DNA of 64,000 nucleotides, taken from NCBI GenBank assembly GCA_051362555.1, contig CM120643.1:22820848-22884847 (forward strand), in the 5' to 3' direction. The stretch is from Lingula anatina. Its lineage: Eukaryota > Animalia > Brachiopoda. Numbering within the stretch: position 1 is the stretch's first letter; each line of letters starts with the position of its first letter. A program made the translations under genes and the position numbers. Shown piece by piece: positions 37,114 through 48,339 of the stretch. Under the pieces are notes generated by a model that had not been told where the DNA came from, did no database searches, and saw only the letters and a program-made list of their open reading frames with translations.

Positions 37114-38349
37114 TTTTTGGGGGGGGGGGGGAGAGAAGGGGGGGTCTATAAGAACGAACACTCATCAGGAAACCCAGGATTCTGCTAGGCTCTAGTACTG
37201 TATTCTGGTAAAGTATGTATTTGGTTGGGAACTATTTCAGAAGTTTGCGGGTGCCATTGACTCCTAATTTCTTTTTATCATTATTTTCAGTGACACCGGT
37301 CAGAAATTGCCCGTCTGAGCCGTGCTATAATGGTGGTACTTGTATTGACGACGCCTTTGGAAGTGTGACTTGTGTCTGTAGGCCTGGTTATACTGGCAAG
37401 AAATGTCAAACTTCAAGTAAGTATAGTCTATTTCAGGCTGGTGAGAATCAAGAGCATTAATTATATTGATTATTAATGAATCTCGTTTTGAAATGAAGAG
37501 AAATATTTTTATGTCATTTTACTCAAATTTTCTGTAGGTTAATTATTATTTTGGCCTGTGTTAATTTATTGTAATCGTTATTTCCAGTGACACCGGTCAG
37601 AAATTGCCCGTCTGAGCCGTGCTATAATGGTGGTACTTGTATTGACGACGCCTTTGGAAGTGTGACTTGTGTCTGTAGGCCTGGTTATACTGGCAAGAAA
37701 TGTCAAACTTCAAGTGAGTATAGTATATTCTAATTCAGTATGGGGGAATCTAGAGTATAAATAATATCGATTATTAATGGGTCCCGATTTAAAATGAAGA
37801 GAAATGGTATTTTCATCAAATATTTTTACGTTTTTATGCCGGCCTTTGCTAATTTATTGATATCGTTTTCAGTGGAACTGGTCAGAAATTGTCCGTCTGA
37901 GCCGTGTTATAATGGCGGTACTTGTATTGACGACGCCTTTGGAAGTGTGACTTGTGTCTGTAGACCTGGCTATACTGGGAAGAAATGCCAGACTTCAAGT
38001 AAATAAACTTTGAATATTTCAGAAGGTTGGAAGTAGGTGTCATTGAAATATTTATACTCACATAGGTGAACAAACATTTGCAATGGATGGATTTATTGGT
38101 CAGATTTTTGACAATAAGAATCGATCGTGTCGTTTTTCCTTTTTTTTATTCTGATGATTTACGTCATGCTTTAGTCTAATCTAGTGTAATATCTTTTGCT
38201 CGCTACTTTCAGTGCCACTGGTCAGAAATTGCCCGTCTGAGCCGTGCTATAATGGTGGAACTTGTATTGACGACGCCTTTGGAAGAATAACATGTGTCTG
38301 TAGGCCCGGTTATACTGGCAAGAAATGTCAAACACCATTAGGGCTATAG
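35773..38349 (+). CDS. Secreted protein: signal peptide, helical N-terminal region with a GKR site, and five tandem EGF-like repeats
   Basis: TATAAAT boxes near 35674 and 35697; in-frame ATGs at 35716, 35773 and 35794 (true start uncertain); exon 1 ends at 36118. Four 126-bp phase 1-1 exons (36523-36648, 37291-37416, 37588-37713, 37873-37998) and a last exon (38213-38349) each encode [10 protein letters not shown](S/T)CIDDA.G..TCVC..G(F/Y)TGKKC. No transmembrane segment. Confidence 0.9.
36967..37060 (+). mobile_element. Partial copy of the approximately 215-bp Harbinger-like MITE family
   Basis: Similar to the left half of 41884-42097 (CATTCCC..AGAT..GATCGATCTATC...GGGGAGTCTCA...CCGGCTTAAATGTC), preceded by TTA. 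Confidence 0.65.
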
Positions 38350-38836
38350 GCTGTGCCCAGAAGCTCTCCCATATAAGACCATACGAGACCGTTCTCCGAG
38401 GACCAACACTTTGCGTGACATTGACAGTATACTTGACTATATAACCATATCATTTATGGTAATTTCTCGAAAATGTGGTAAAATAACTGCCCGACAAAAC
38501 AGAATTGATAGAATGTTTTTCTTTTTTAATAACTAGAGAAGCATATGTCGGCTTATTTGAAAGGGTAGCTAATGACATAACATTAACACGTACAACATAA
38601 AAAAAGTTATCAAGTTCAACTGAACTTGAAATTACTTTCAGTTTTTACCTGTTAAAATTCACGCAGATCAGAGCAATATAAAAGAATTGCCTTATTTAAG
38701 TAAAATGTACAACCTTGAAATATTGTACTTGTCCCCCATGTCGGGGAAATTTAAAAATTCACCAGCAATTTCGATTTTTTCAAGTAAAAATTACATCAGT
38801 TGTCAATAGGATACATTTGCCATTATTTAATCATTT

Positions 38837-40708
38837 TTACAAATCGAGTTTTGGATTAAGGTCATCATTCAGATTAGCTTCAAACTCTAAGCCCAATTTT
38901 CTCTTTATTGAGTTCAGGAAGGGGTCTGTCTCGTGGTAATCCTGGTAGTTTTGCAGTATTTCATCTCCAGCTGTGATGTTCTTAGTTGCTACGAGTGCAG
39001 CAGCTGAGACATGATGTTGGAACCGCATTGCGTCACTGGGACACGCGACATTTGCATCTTCTTTGCCATGATTAATGTAATTTAAAGGGCCAAAGCTGAT
39101 GAGAAAACACTGCTTTTTCTTGGTGTCTCTGCACGAATCGTTAACTAAGTCACATCCTTCGAGAGTCGACCATAACAGCAATAATATTAAGAAGTCACTG
39201 ACTGGCGTTTTCGACGCAGGCAAAGCAAGCGAATAGAGCAATTTCCTTGTTATGTCGTCATACGGTATCATCCAACAAGGTTCCCAATCGTCCTCAGCCA
39301 ATATGGCGTCACATTTGATATCCCATAATAACGTACCGGCGGAAATATTCTCTTTTGCAAAAGCTCCTTTTCCTGCTCCAGGAATGCGACTCTTTTTTAT
39401 GTCGACTGAGATAAACGCTTTACATCTGCACGTCCTGAAGTCGGTTTCATCTGCCGCTGCCTTTCCATCCTGCTCCAAATCCAAAGACCACAGATACAGT
39501 GAAGTAACTCCAACCTATGTAAGAGTAAAGGCCACGTGAAGATCATGCAACAATTTTTTTAAATATCTGAATTATTAATTTAATTTAAAAAAAATTCAGA
39601 CGTGATTATTCTGAAGAATACTGTAGACCAGTATTCTTCAGAATACTGTAGACCAGTATTCTGAAGAATACTGGTCTACAGTGCTTCTGACTGTGCACAC
39701 TGGTTTAGATCTCAAGGTAGCATAGCTTATTCACAAACAAGAATTACAAGATATATAGGCCTATGGCACAGATAATGGTAACTACCTGTGTAGAGGAATG
39801 TCCCTATAGCAAAATACTCTCCCTAAAATATGAACAATTGTACATTAAACTGGGCAGAAAAGGAGGAAAAGTGTCTAGGATACTTAAAAAAGGAAGATCA
39901 GTACCGCTATGAGACCCAACTCTACAACAGAGCCTAAAACAGTTTTTAGTGCACCCAAATCAGAGCAAAAAGAAGGCGTATACACCATTGACTGTAAAAA
40001 TTGTGACAAGTGTTACGTAGGAGAGACCAAACGTAAACTATCAATAAGAGTCATAGAACACAGAACAGAAGTTGAAAACATGGACAATATGATGATTTAC
40101 ACCAGGGACAGAAGGAAAGAATCAGAGGTACAAATGTGGAAATCTGCTCTCACGGATCACTCAGTTAAAGAGAATTATTTCATTGATTGGGACAGCGCCA
40201 GAATAATAGATAAAGAAAGTGAAGACTTCGCCAGAGGTATCAGGGATCTTTAAAGAACTTCCATAGGGACGAGGGACGCTACCAGCTGGCCCACATCTAT
40301 GATGACCTCTTGGGCCTGGGGAGGGGGGGGGGCGTAGGGGACATGCATAAGAAAACTGGTCATTGAATACTTCTCAGCGCAAGATCATCAGCGCATGACC
40401 AGTTTGTCCTGAGGAAGGCTCTTGAGTGAAGCTGAAAATTTGAAGGTAAAAAGCATTGTCTGTGATACTATTAATTCAAAAATTCATGTATATATACCAG
40501 ACTAATGAACTTTTTAAATAAATATTTTACTTATTCGTTTTTATAGCAACCCCTGACAACGACGTTGTTAGTGGGAGTGTAACGTGCCGGGGGTTAGTAC
40601 GTCTAAACATACGAAATCAAGATGAAAGTAATACATTACCACAACAAAAAGTATCGCCCATGCTAGTCCTCTTTTACTGCAGCCTTGCCTTGGATGGACA
40701 GAACGCAT
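38837..40708 (-). CDS. Type II membrane-anchored SET-domain protein, paralogue 1 (248 aa)
   Basis: Exon 1 40640-40708 (MRSVHPRQGCSKRGLAWAILFVV|gtaatg) joins exon 2 38837-39514 (ttacatag|VGVTSLYLWSLD...). SET motifs: SRIPGAGKGAFAKENISAG, NYINHG, ALVATKNITAGDEILQNY. Confidence 0.85.
39870..40440 (+). mobile_element. Penelope-like element 3' fragment (GIY-YIG endonuclease) in the intron of SET paralogue 1
   Basis: GVYTIDCKNCDKCYVGETKRKLSIRVIEH...SALTDHS...IDWDSARIIDKE, then after a lesion RDEGRYQLAHIYDDLL; typical Penelope endonuclease C-terminus. Confidence 0.85.
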
Positions 40709-41261
40709 TAGTCTGCGATCCCTCTGGTCTTTTTTAATCAAAAGACAGTACAATGCTAGCGAATGTACGGTTGCTTTCGACGGGGCGTGGCGTTTGATAC
40801 CATTGCATACCATGAGTCTTGATTCACAATAAAACCGGTCTAAACTTTTTGAGTTTAAGTTGAACAAAGCTACATCAGGAGAAGTCCAATTTTACGGATC
40901 ATGATACCTGTTCTATAATAGAAAATACATGAATAATGTTTCGGACCATTGCTTTATTTATTTCAATGAACTGCCACGAATGTATCTTGAACTGAAATGG
41001 ACCAAGTTTATTTTGTTAAAAAACAAAGGCACATTTCCTGGCTGTGATCTGTTATGGCTCTTTTGTTGAAAATATCCCAGGTGTGATGACAGCCTTTATC
41101 CTGAGAGTGTTCGAGTGAAGTCAAATGAGGGCACCTGTGACAAATGCTAGGACTCTCATGTTCGATAGCAGCCCCAAGGCAAGTCGGACTTTTTGTTGTT
41201 CCTGGACCTTTCTCAATTCATCACCTTTATGTTCATGCGTTGGCGATTAAAATAGGTATTC

Positions 41262-41494
41262 GCCCAAGATTCATGCCATATCTATTGCACTTGTGGAGAA
41301 ATACAAAGCAATGTAAGCCGCATCTTAAGAGACGGCTCGATTATTTTTGTCAAAAACCTTCTTCCATTCACCCCTTTCTGTTCATGTGTGCACTAACAAA
41401 GCAGTTTTTCGCCCAAGATTCATCCCATAGTTATTGCACTTGTCAAGAAGTATAAAGTAATACTCGCTGCATCTTAAGAGACGGTTCCATTTTT
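41262..41494. repeat. Two-copy direct repeat, about 85-bp core at 149-bp spacing
   Basis: GCCCAAGATTCAT.CCATA..TATTGCACTTGT...GCATCTTAAGAGACGG at 41262 and 41411. Confidence 0.8.
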
Positions 41495-41883
41495 CAGTTT
41501 TTTCTCAAAGTTATAAAACCACTAGTTTAAACTTAAAGCAGTATTGGGGGCATGACGAGTCATCTTTGTTATAAGTACGTCCCGGTGCCTACTTGAAAAG
41601 AGCAGAAAAATCACGAAATGTCAGGGAGGTGGGATTCTTGAGATGTTTACTATAAAAAAGCGTTAGGTGCAACATGAATAATAACAATAGAGAAAGTGTA
41701 ATTTGCAGAAAAATATAGAGAGGCTTGGTACCTACAGCGTATTACATAGCTTATTCATTTTCACGTTTAAATCAATTAGCAAATAAAAAAATTAATGAAT
41801 GATTGAATTACACAATTACCCACCAGAAAGGGTTTGCTCACGTGATTATTTATTTATAATATAAATCATATCGTACATTCTTA

Positions 41884-42097
41884 GGGCGCATTCCCATAGA
41901 TTTTAGATCGATCTATCCCGTGGGGAGTCTCACTAGTTATCTGTCAGATAATCCGGCTTAAATGTCCGTCCTACCTACTTCAAGCTGTAAGGGGGTAATT
42001 AACTTCTGTGCGCGGTCGGCTGACTGCAATTTAGTGTGAACCCCCAGGGAGTTAGGTCGATCTAGTAAGATCGATCTAAATCTCTGGGAATGCCCTC
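41884..42097 (+). mobile_element. MITE, PIF/Harbinger-like
   Basis: Imperfect TIRs of about 30 bp (GGGCGCATTCCCATAGATTTTAGATCGATCT / AGATCGATCTAAATCTCTGGGAATGCCCTC), TTA on both sides (41881-41883 and 42098-42100); two more copies in the window. Confidence 0.8.
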
Positions 42098-42867
42098 TTA
42101 TTCACTACTAAGTAGAGGTTTCTTACGAAAGGTCTACTAGTTTATGTTTTGTATCCAAGAGAACAAATTTCAAAACAAATCAACTCATATGTACTTCCAT
42201 TTTCAATTATCCCCTTTGAAGTCCAGTATATTCAATGCACTTTCGTTCATAAGCTTTAACCTGTTTCATTTAAAATGAAAAATCAAGTTCTTCTAGAGCT
42301 GTGTGTTTTTCTGAGTGTTAGCCACGACAAAACCTGATATTACGATGGAGAAATACATGTTCATTAGAACTACAAAGAGTATCGTCCATCAATCATGATT
42401 CGTTTAGAGCTACCTTATAATATCAGAAATGCTACTTAACATTGCATCCAAGCATAGGAAGCGGTCGAGGAAGGGGGCTCGCCATTAGGAAAAAAGATCT
42501 TACTTCCTTAAGGAAAATTACATCGGCGCAAAAATCCGGTTTAGGACAAATTTGAGTAACAAATCCACCGATCACCGCATGAAACTACTACTAGATCTGA
42601 AGACATGGCTGTCAGTTTACATGATTAATGTGCATTCCATTGGCATTCATACACCATATACACGGTGCGTTACGGAGCACTGTGCAATGAACTGTAACCC
42701 CACTTTTGCTTGTTTTTCCATGTCGCACTCGAAGCCCCCTCTCCAAGGCCGCTTTCAGTACAACGCACTCACTAGTCCGCGGTTCAAATATGGCCACCCA
42801 CTTAGAAGCGTTCCATCTAATCCTAACAGTCACGGAATAATTTCTCCGTAAGGTATTACGCAACAAG

Positions 42868-43107
42868 CATTCAGGTGGGTCGGGCGCACTAGTTCGTCCT
42901 GCTGTTGTGAATGCGGCCCAACATAGCGCCGAAACCGGCCCCCAGCGTGGCAGTCGAGATTGAATATTTTTGCACTAGGAGTTTTGGGTACTCAGCACTT
43001 GTCATCGGTAATTATTAGAATAAGGTGCACAAAACGTCGATTTGGTACAACAAATGATCGATGACTGTATGGCGACATGATAACTTTGTACGACAATTGT
43101 ATTCAAG
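42868..43107 (+). pseudogene. Decayed, internally deleted copy of exon 1 of the EGF-repeat gene
   Basis: GTCGATTTGGTACAACAAATGATC...ACTGTATGGCGACATGATAACTTTGTACGACAATTGTATTCAAG|GT aligns by eye with 36030-36120; GCAGTCGAGATTGAATATTTTTGCACT aligns with 35910-35937; the start-codon context is lost. Confidence 0.8.
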
Positions 43108-43345
43108 GTACAGGACGGACTATTTATATATAGCACGTGCCTTGAGGTACATGTATATATATTGATCTGAATTCAGTCCACAGTGAAAAGAAGAATCAGG
43201 CAGAGAAAGGGTCAGAGAAAACCAGCATCGCATGGTATTTTCCCCAGGTTTACTTCACTGATAACAGTGGTCTGCGTCTATCCAGCAGGGTGCATGCCTT
43301 GTTACAGCTTATTTGTAACCTTTTAACGAGTAAATACATGTGTCA

Positions 43346-46300
43346 CTATTTAATTTTATTATCAAGTCGAGTCCTTAACAGATTTGGAATGCTGCCACCA
43401 TTTAGATCAACTTCAAAATCTAAGCCCAATTTTCTCTTTATTGAGTTCAGGAAGGGGTCTGTCTCGTGGTAATCCTGGTAGTTTTGCAGTATTTCATCTC
43501 CAGCTGTGATGTTCTTAATTGCTACGAGTGCAGCAGCTGAGACATGATGTTGGAACCGCATTGCGTCACTGGGACACGCGACATTTGCATCTTCTTTGCC
43601 ATGATTAATGTAATTAAAAGCGTCAAAGCTGATAACAAAACACTGCATTTTCTTCGTGTCCTTGCCAGAGCCATCTACTTCGTCACACTCGGAGAGATAT
43701 GCTGTCGACAGCAATTGCAATAAAATGTCGGAGGCTAGAGTTTTCCTCACTGAGAAAGCAAGGGAATAGAGAAATTTCTTCGCTTTGTCGTCATACGGCA
43801 TCATCCAACAAGATTCCCAATCGTCCTCAGCCAATATGGCGTCACATTTGATATCCCATAATAACGTTCCAGCGGAAATATTCTCTTTTGCAAAAACTCC
43901 TTTCCCTGCCCCAGGTATGTGGCTCACTTTGATGTCGGCTGAGATGAACAATTTACACCTGCATCTTATGAAGTCGGTAACATCTCGCTCCAAATCCCAA
44001 GACCACAAATACAGCGAAGTACCTCCAATCTAAAAAAAAAAAAAGAGTAGGCCACATGAAAAAAGGTTCTATTCGCGTTTATCAAATTCAATTCATATCA
44101 TATTTGAAAACTTATTCCACAAATGAAAGACAGAACCAACGTAAAGTTTCCTAATCTTCGTCAAGAACGTTTTTATCTCAGTCTTATCCATGATCATTAC
44201 AGGATATGCCTTAAATAAAAAGTAAACTGTATATTGGTCTCTACCGGTAACTAACTTTAGATTCTTACCCGTTATTCTGTTGTATACAAATAGCAGTTAG
44301 TATATTTAACTTTTTGCTGTGTTAGAAAAGCTCAATATTTGACTAGACTTCTTGGTGATTCTTGACCCCTCTTTTCAAATCATACAACTGTATACCAATA
44401 TAATAATAGTTATTTCACAACCCCTGAACAAAAGAAGTGGATGGGGGTTATTTTATGTACTAATGTTACAAAACTATCAAACAGTACATATTTTTTTTCT
44501 CCCCCATCCCCATAAAATATCTTCTTAAAAATGCCAAAGGCTTGACAATTTGACCTCCTGTAAACGTCGCTACCATTTTACTTAACATGATGCAATGATA
44601 GGCCTGCCCCTGTTCTTGTAAATATAGCTTTTCTTTCTTACACTTGTTTTTCTTACACTGTCGACTGCAAAACAATACAGGGTATTAGTAGGCCTATATC
44701 CAGAAGCGGCATATCAAAAGCCCCACCTTTTGTAATTATGTGTAACGTCATTCTAACTAAGTTTACTTATTTTCATTCATCAGTTCCCAACCTACGTTCA
44801 ATAGGGTGACTCCCGTTTTCGCCCACGTCCACACACATAATTATAAAACTTAGCAAATAATTTTATTCCATAAGTCTTGGTTATAAATCATTGTTAAAGC
44901 CTGTACTATGTATTGTAAACTTTCCCTAGTGAAAATATTACAGTCAGTGACCCCAGAGGCAAACATCACTGGAACCAAGTCGCTATTGCTAACGAGTCAA
45001 TGTCTTTCTTGTGCCCCATCGATGTTCAAATTATAGACCGTAAACATGCTCCAGAATGTCTCTAGGAAGAGTATGTGCAGGATAATACCAACTGGACTGC
45101 CGTGACAGTCTAAAAATAAAAAAAACATAAAAACATTTATCATTATATAAGAGCAATCATTTTGTTAAAAACGTGATTTTTAAGGCTGCTGTAGGCCATT
45201 CTGTATTTAGCAAATGGCACCAGATCTTATCAATATATTTCTAGCGCAGAAATAACCTTAAATACTTGTAGTGTTGTGACTAACATTATAGTTCAAATAT
45301 ATGGAAATGATTACTTGTTAATAGGCATTGGCGGACATTTTAGAAAAATAATCGTCATTGTCTAAAATGTACTAACTTTATACACGGGGAAGTCTATTTG
45401 AATGAGGTGCTCACCGTTTGAACTCAGTCAACCACATCGCCTGGTTGGTTTGTGTGGTCCGAGCATATTTGTCACCATTAGGTTATTGGTGCTGGCAAAG
45501 TCCAAGAGTCTCTGTGTTGTGAAACGGTCCACATGTGTCTTTCCAGACCTTGTAGGATTCTGGACGGTTATTTTCTGCAGCTGTTCGAAGTAGGCCTATT
45601 CTACATTATCGTAATCGTATTCTGTGGTAGGAGGGTTAGCCGGTATGAGGTTGAATGTGCTTGCTTTTAATTTGATGGAATTCAGACACACGGCCGTCGC
45701 CAGGGTCACCAAGGTCCGCGCCTTCCGCTTCCCATCGGATGGAGGTGAGAAGTCTGCGACTGATGCCGTCATGCCCCTATTTCACACAGACCACGAATCC
45801 CACGAATCGCCAGGAATTGACAAATTTCAGGTTTCGTGGTTGAATCGTAATCAGTTCGTGAAGTTCTTAACAGATTCGTATATATTCGCAGTCAGTTTTT
45901 GCACTTCTTGACCAACAGGAATTAGTGGCAAAAACTTTGAGCTGTTCAAAATTTTGGCCACGAACTCCCGATTCTAAAAAAAATTAGTGAATTTCTGGAC
46001 AATATTCGTGCGATTCCAGCCGAATCCCACGAATATTCGTAACACTATCGCTCCTGTATCGTAACTGAATCGTAGAGCGTGTCGAATTAGACCAGAAAAT
46101 TGGCAAAATCTCACGAATCCTGAAATTTGTCAATTCCTGGCGATTCGTGGGATTCGTGGTCTGTGTGAAATAGGGGCATTAGCAGAAAAAATCAACGCCA
46201 GGAATAACATCACCATCGGCACATGGAATGTGAGGACACTAAAAGCTCTAGGTAAGCCAGAAGAGATTGCTCAAGGAATGAGCAGGAATCAGTTGGAATA

Positions 46301-46685
46301 TTCTCGGTCTGTGTGAAATACGAGAGGAAACTTTTGGAGAATCAAATAGTGAAATACCCTTCGATCACACACTGTGATATCAGATTTGACTGCAATTAGC
46401 ATATCTGCATATAACCTATCATTTCAGCAACTGGGGGCGTTACATGTATAAGACATTTGCGTGAGATAATTGAGTATGTACTGAATTACTATCACTACTG
46501 GTTTTAAGCTACAAATGAGTTTGTTCGGATCAGAATTCACCACAATGCACCGCGCACACCGGTTGACCCTACAACCGTGAAATTGTCTTAAAATCGTGAT
46601 AGCAGAAATACATTACCACGACAAGGAGGGCCGTCCATGAAAGTCTTCTCATGCCAAAACCTTTCCTGAGATCAACAGGAGACAT
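43346..46685 (-). CDS. Type II membrane-anchored SET-domain protein, paralogue 2 (250 aa)
   Basis: Exon 1 46617-46685 (MSPVDLRKGFGMRRLSWTALLVV|gtaatg) joins exon 2 43346-44029 (tttttag|IGGTSLYLWSWD...). Same SET motifs and same intron position as paralogue 1. Confidence 0.85.
45690..46345 (+). mobile_element. RTE-type LINE 5' fragment (start of the APE domain), interrupted by a MITE
   Basis: NITIGTWNVRTLKALGK...WNILGLCEIR at about 46205-46325; outer boundaries approximate. Confidence 0.7.
45772..46178. mobile_element. MITE with 60-bp perfect TIRs, Harbinger-like
   Basis: 45772-45831 is the exact reverse complement of 46119-46178; flanks are TCA and TTA; internal CACGAAT/ATTCGTG submotifs. 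Confidence 0.85.
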
Positions 46686-46929
46686 ATGACTCTCTTTTAT
46701 TCTTCTTGGTGGAGTGTAGATTAGTTATGTGTCGACATGCGGGTCTAATATATATTTCACCAATATAACAGTATGTTTAATACACGTGTTTGAAAGACCC
46801 CTTTCTATTGGTATTAATTATTCAGCGCATGGATGAATGATTCATCCGATTCAAATGGAGTGATTTCGAGAAACTTCCTGTTTCATGTTCATATGTCTTC
46901 TGCCATCTGCTAAATTCTGCTTATTCATT

Positions 46930-47400
46930 TTAACACTGTCTAGTAATTACCCGTATGAGCCATGTGTTTGGGTGCATTCCCAGAGATTCAGATCGATCTA
47001 GAGATTAACATTTAGATCGACCTAACTCCCTGGGGGTTCACGCTAAATTGCAGTCAGCCGAGCGCGCACCATAGTTAATTACCCCCTTACAGCTTTTAGT
47101 AGGCGGGACAGACGCTTAAGCCGGCTAAGCTGACAGTAATCTAGTGAGACTCCCCACAGGAATAGATCGATCTAGAATCTATGGAAATGGGGTCATAGAC
47201 CCTAAAGGTGGAATTTGTATTGATGGCGCTTTTGAAATTGTGACTTATGTCTGTAGATCTGGTTTAACTGACAAATGACGTTAAACTCAAGTGGGCATGT
47301 TTTATTTAAAAAAGGTTGCGACTGGGTATCATTGAAACATGTTTTCATAGGTGAAAAAAAGGTGTGCAATAAATGGATGACGATTTTTTTTGTGTTTTAA
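46930..47400 (+). pseudogene. Decayed EGF exon plus downstream intron from a third copy of the EGF gene, split by a MITE
   Basis: AATTACCCGTATGAGCCATGT (about 46945) and GGTGGAATTTGTATTGATGGCGCTTTTGAAATTGTGACTTATGTCTGTAGATCTGG (about 47207) match the EGF exons. The following TCATTGAAA...CATAGGTGAA...TGCAAT matches the intron at 38040-38085. Acceptor AG and several Cys codons are lost. Confidence 0.8.
46970..47194 (-). mobile_element. Inverted copy of the 41884-42097 MITE
   Basis: Reverse-complement similarity over the full length, e.g. GATCGACCTAACTCCCTGGGGGTTCAC.CTAAATTGCAGTCAGCCGA. Confidence 0.85.
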
Positions 47401-47879
47401 TATATTTCAGACATTATTTTTCTCTACAGTTAAATTCACTTCTCTGGCTATTTGTCATATAACCTGTCAACTGTTTTTATCAAAATAACTTAACTTTTGG
47501 GGATTTTTTACACGTATTTCTAAAACACAACATTTGGTACAAAAAAGGAGTCATTGCACCAATTGGCACGACATATACGTAGCATGTATGTGTACTTTGG
47601 ACACTTTTCACTCAGTCACTCTCCATTGGTTATGACTGGAGGGCCTGGGGTGTGTGACACATGTCATAGAGCTTTGGTACAGTGCTGCTGGGGTGCACTT
47701 GTCATGTTCTGTCAGTTTTCGCAGAGGTTTGCATATTAGTAACTGTGTCTACCGATTACCGAGACCATGTCACGACCTACTGACATGGTAATACGACACC
47801 AGATTGTTGCATATGTAGAGGGATATAAAGTGACAATTTTAGATTGCAACACGACAGTGCAACTCCCCATACAGCACGC

Positions 47880-48125
47880 TTATTTACCCAATGATGTCAC
47901 AGCCAGTAAGTAGCCCAGATGCAAACCCAAACTGAGTACATGTTGGACGTACTTGATTGTACTATTCAAAGGAGAAACCCCCCTGCAATTCTAGATCAAC
48001 TGCAAGATGTCCTTCAAGTTAAATGGACCAGAATTCCTCTCAAAAGAGCTGTAACTCTAGTTTACAGTATACCACGCCGTCTGGCGGCCATAATCCAAGC
48101 TCGCGGTGGGCATACCCGCGCCTGA
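47880..48125 (+). mobile_element. Tc1/mariner transposase relic (C-terminus)
   Basis: LDQLQDVLQVKWTRIP...LVYSIPRRLAAIIQARGGHTR is the typical Tc1 C-terminus. The element probably extends left to about 47426, but TIRs were not resolved. Confidence 0.75.
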
Positions 48126-48339
48126 GATTACTAATGAAGTCTGTAGGTGTTTCATGACAATTTTTCCAAATTTCATATTAATTGTCAATCACAGTACAAA
48201 TTTTTGTTGATTTTTTAACTCGTTACTTTTATGTGAAAAAATACTCATTTTGAGGAACACGAAGAAAAAAAAACTATATAAATTAACGATTTTCGTAAAT
48301 TTGCATTGTTTATTTCTCTTTGACTTATCCTCCAGCTGA

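Noticed and set aside
40568-40867. Longer SET1 exon 1 ending at GATTTC|GTATGT (40613), or the whole 99-aa ORF
   Set aside because: That donor is absent in paralogue 2, whereas the donor after W-x6 is positionally conserved in all three genes and gives a continuous TM helix. It might still be a minor alternative donor.
46306-46320. 15-bp match (GGTCTGTGTGAAATA) to the adjacent MITE TIR, suggesting a third terminus
   Set aside because: It encodes the conserved GLCEI motif of the RTE endonuclease in frame; most likely coincidence.
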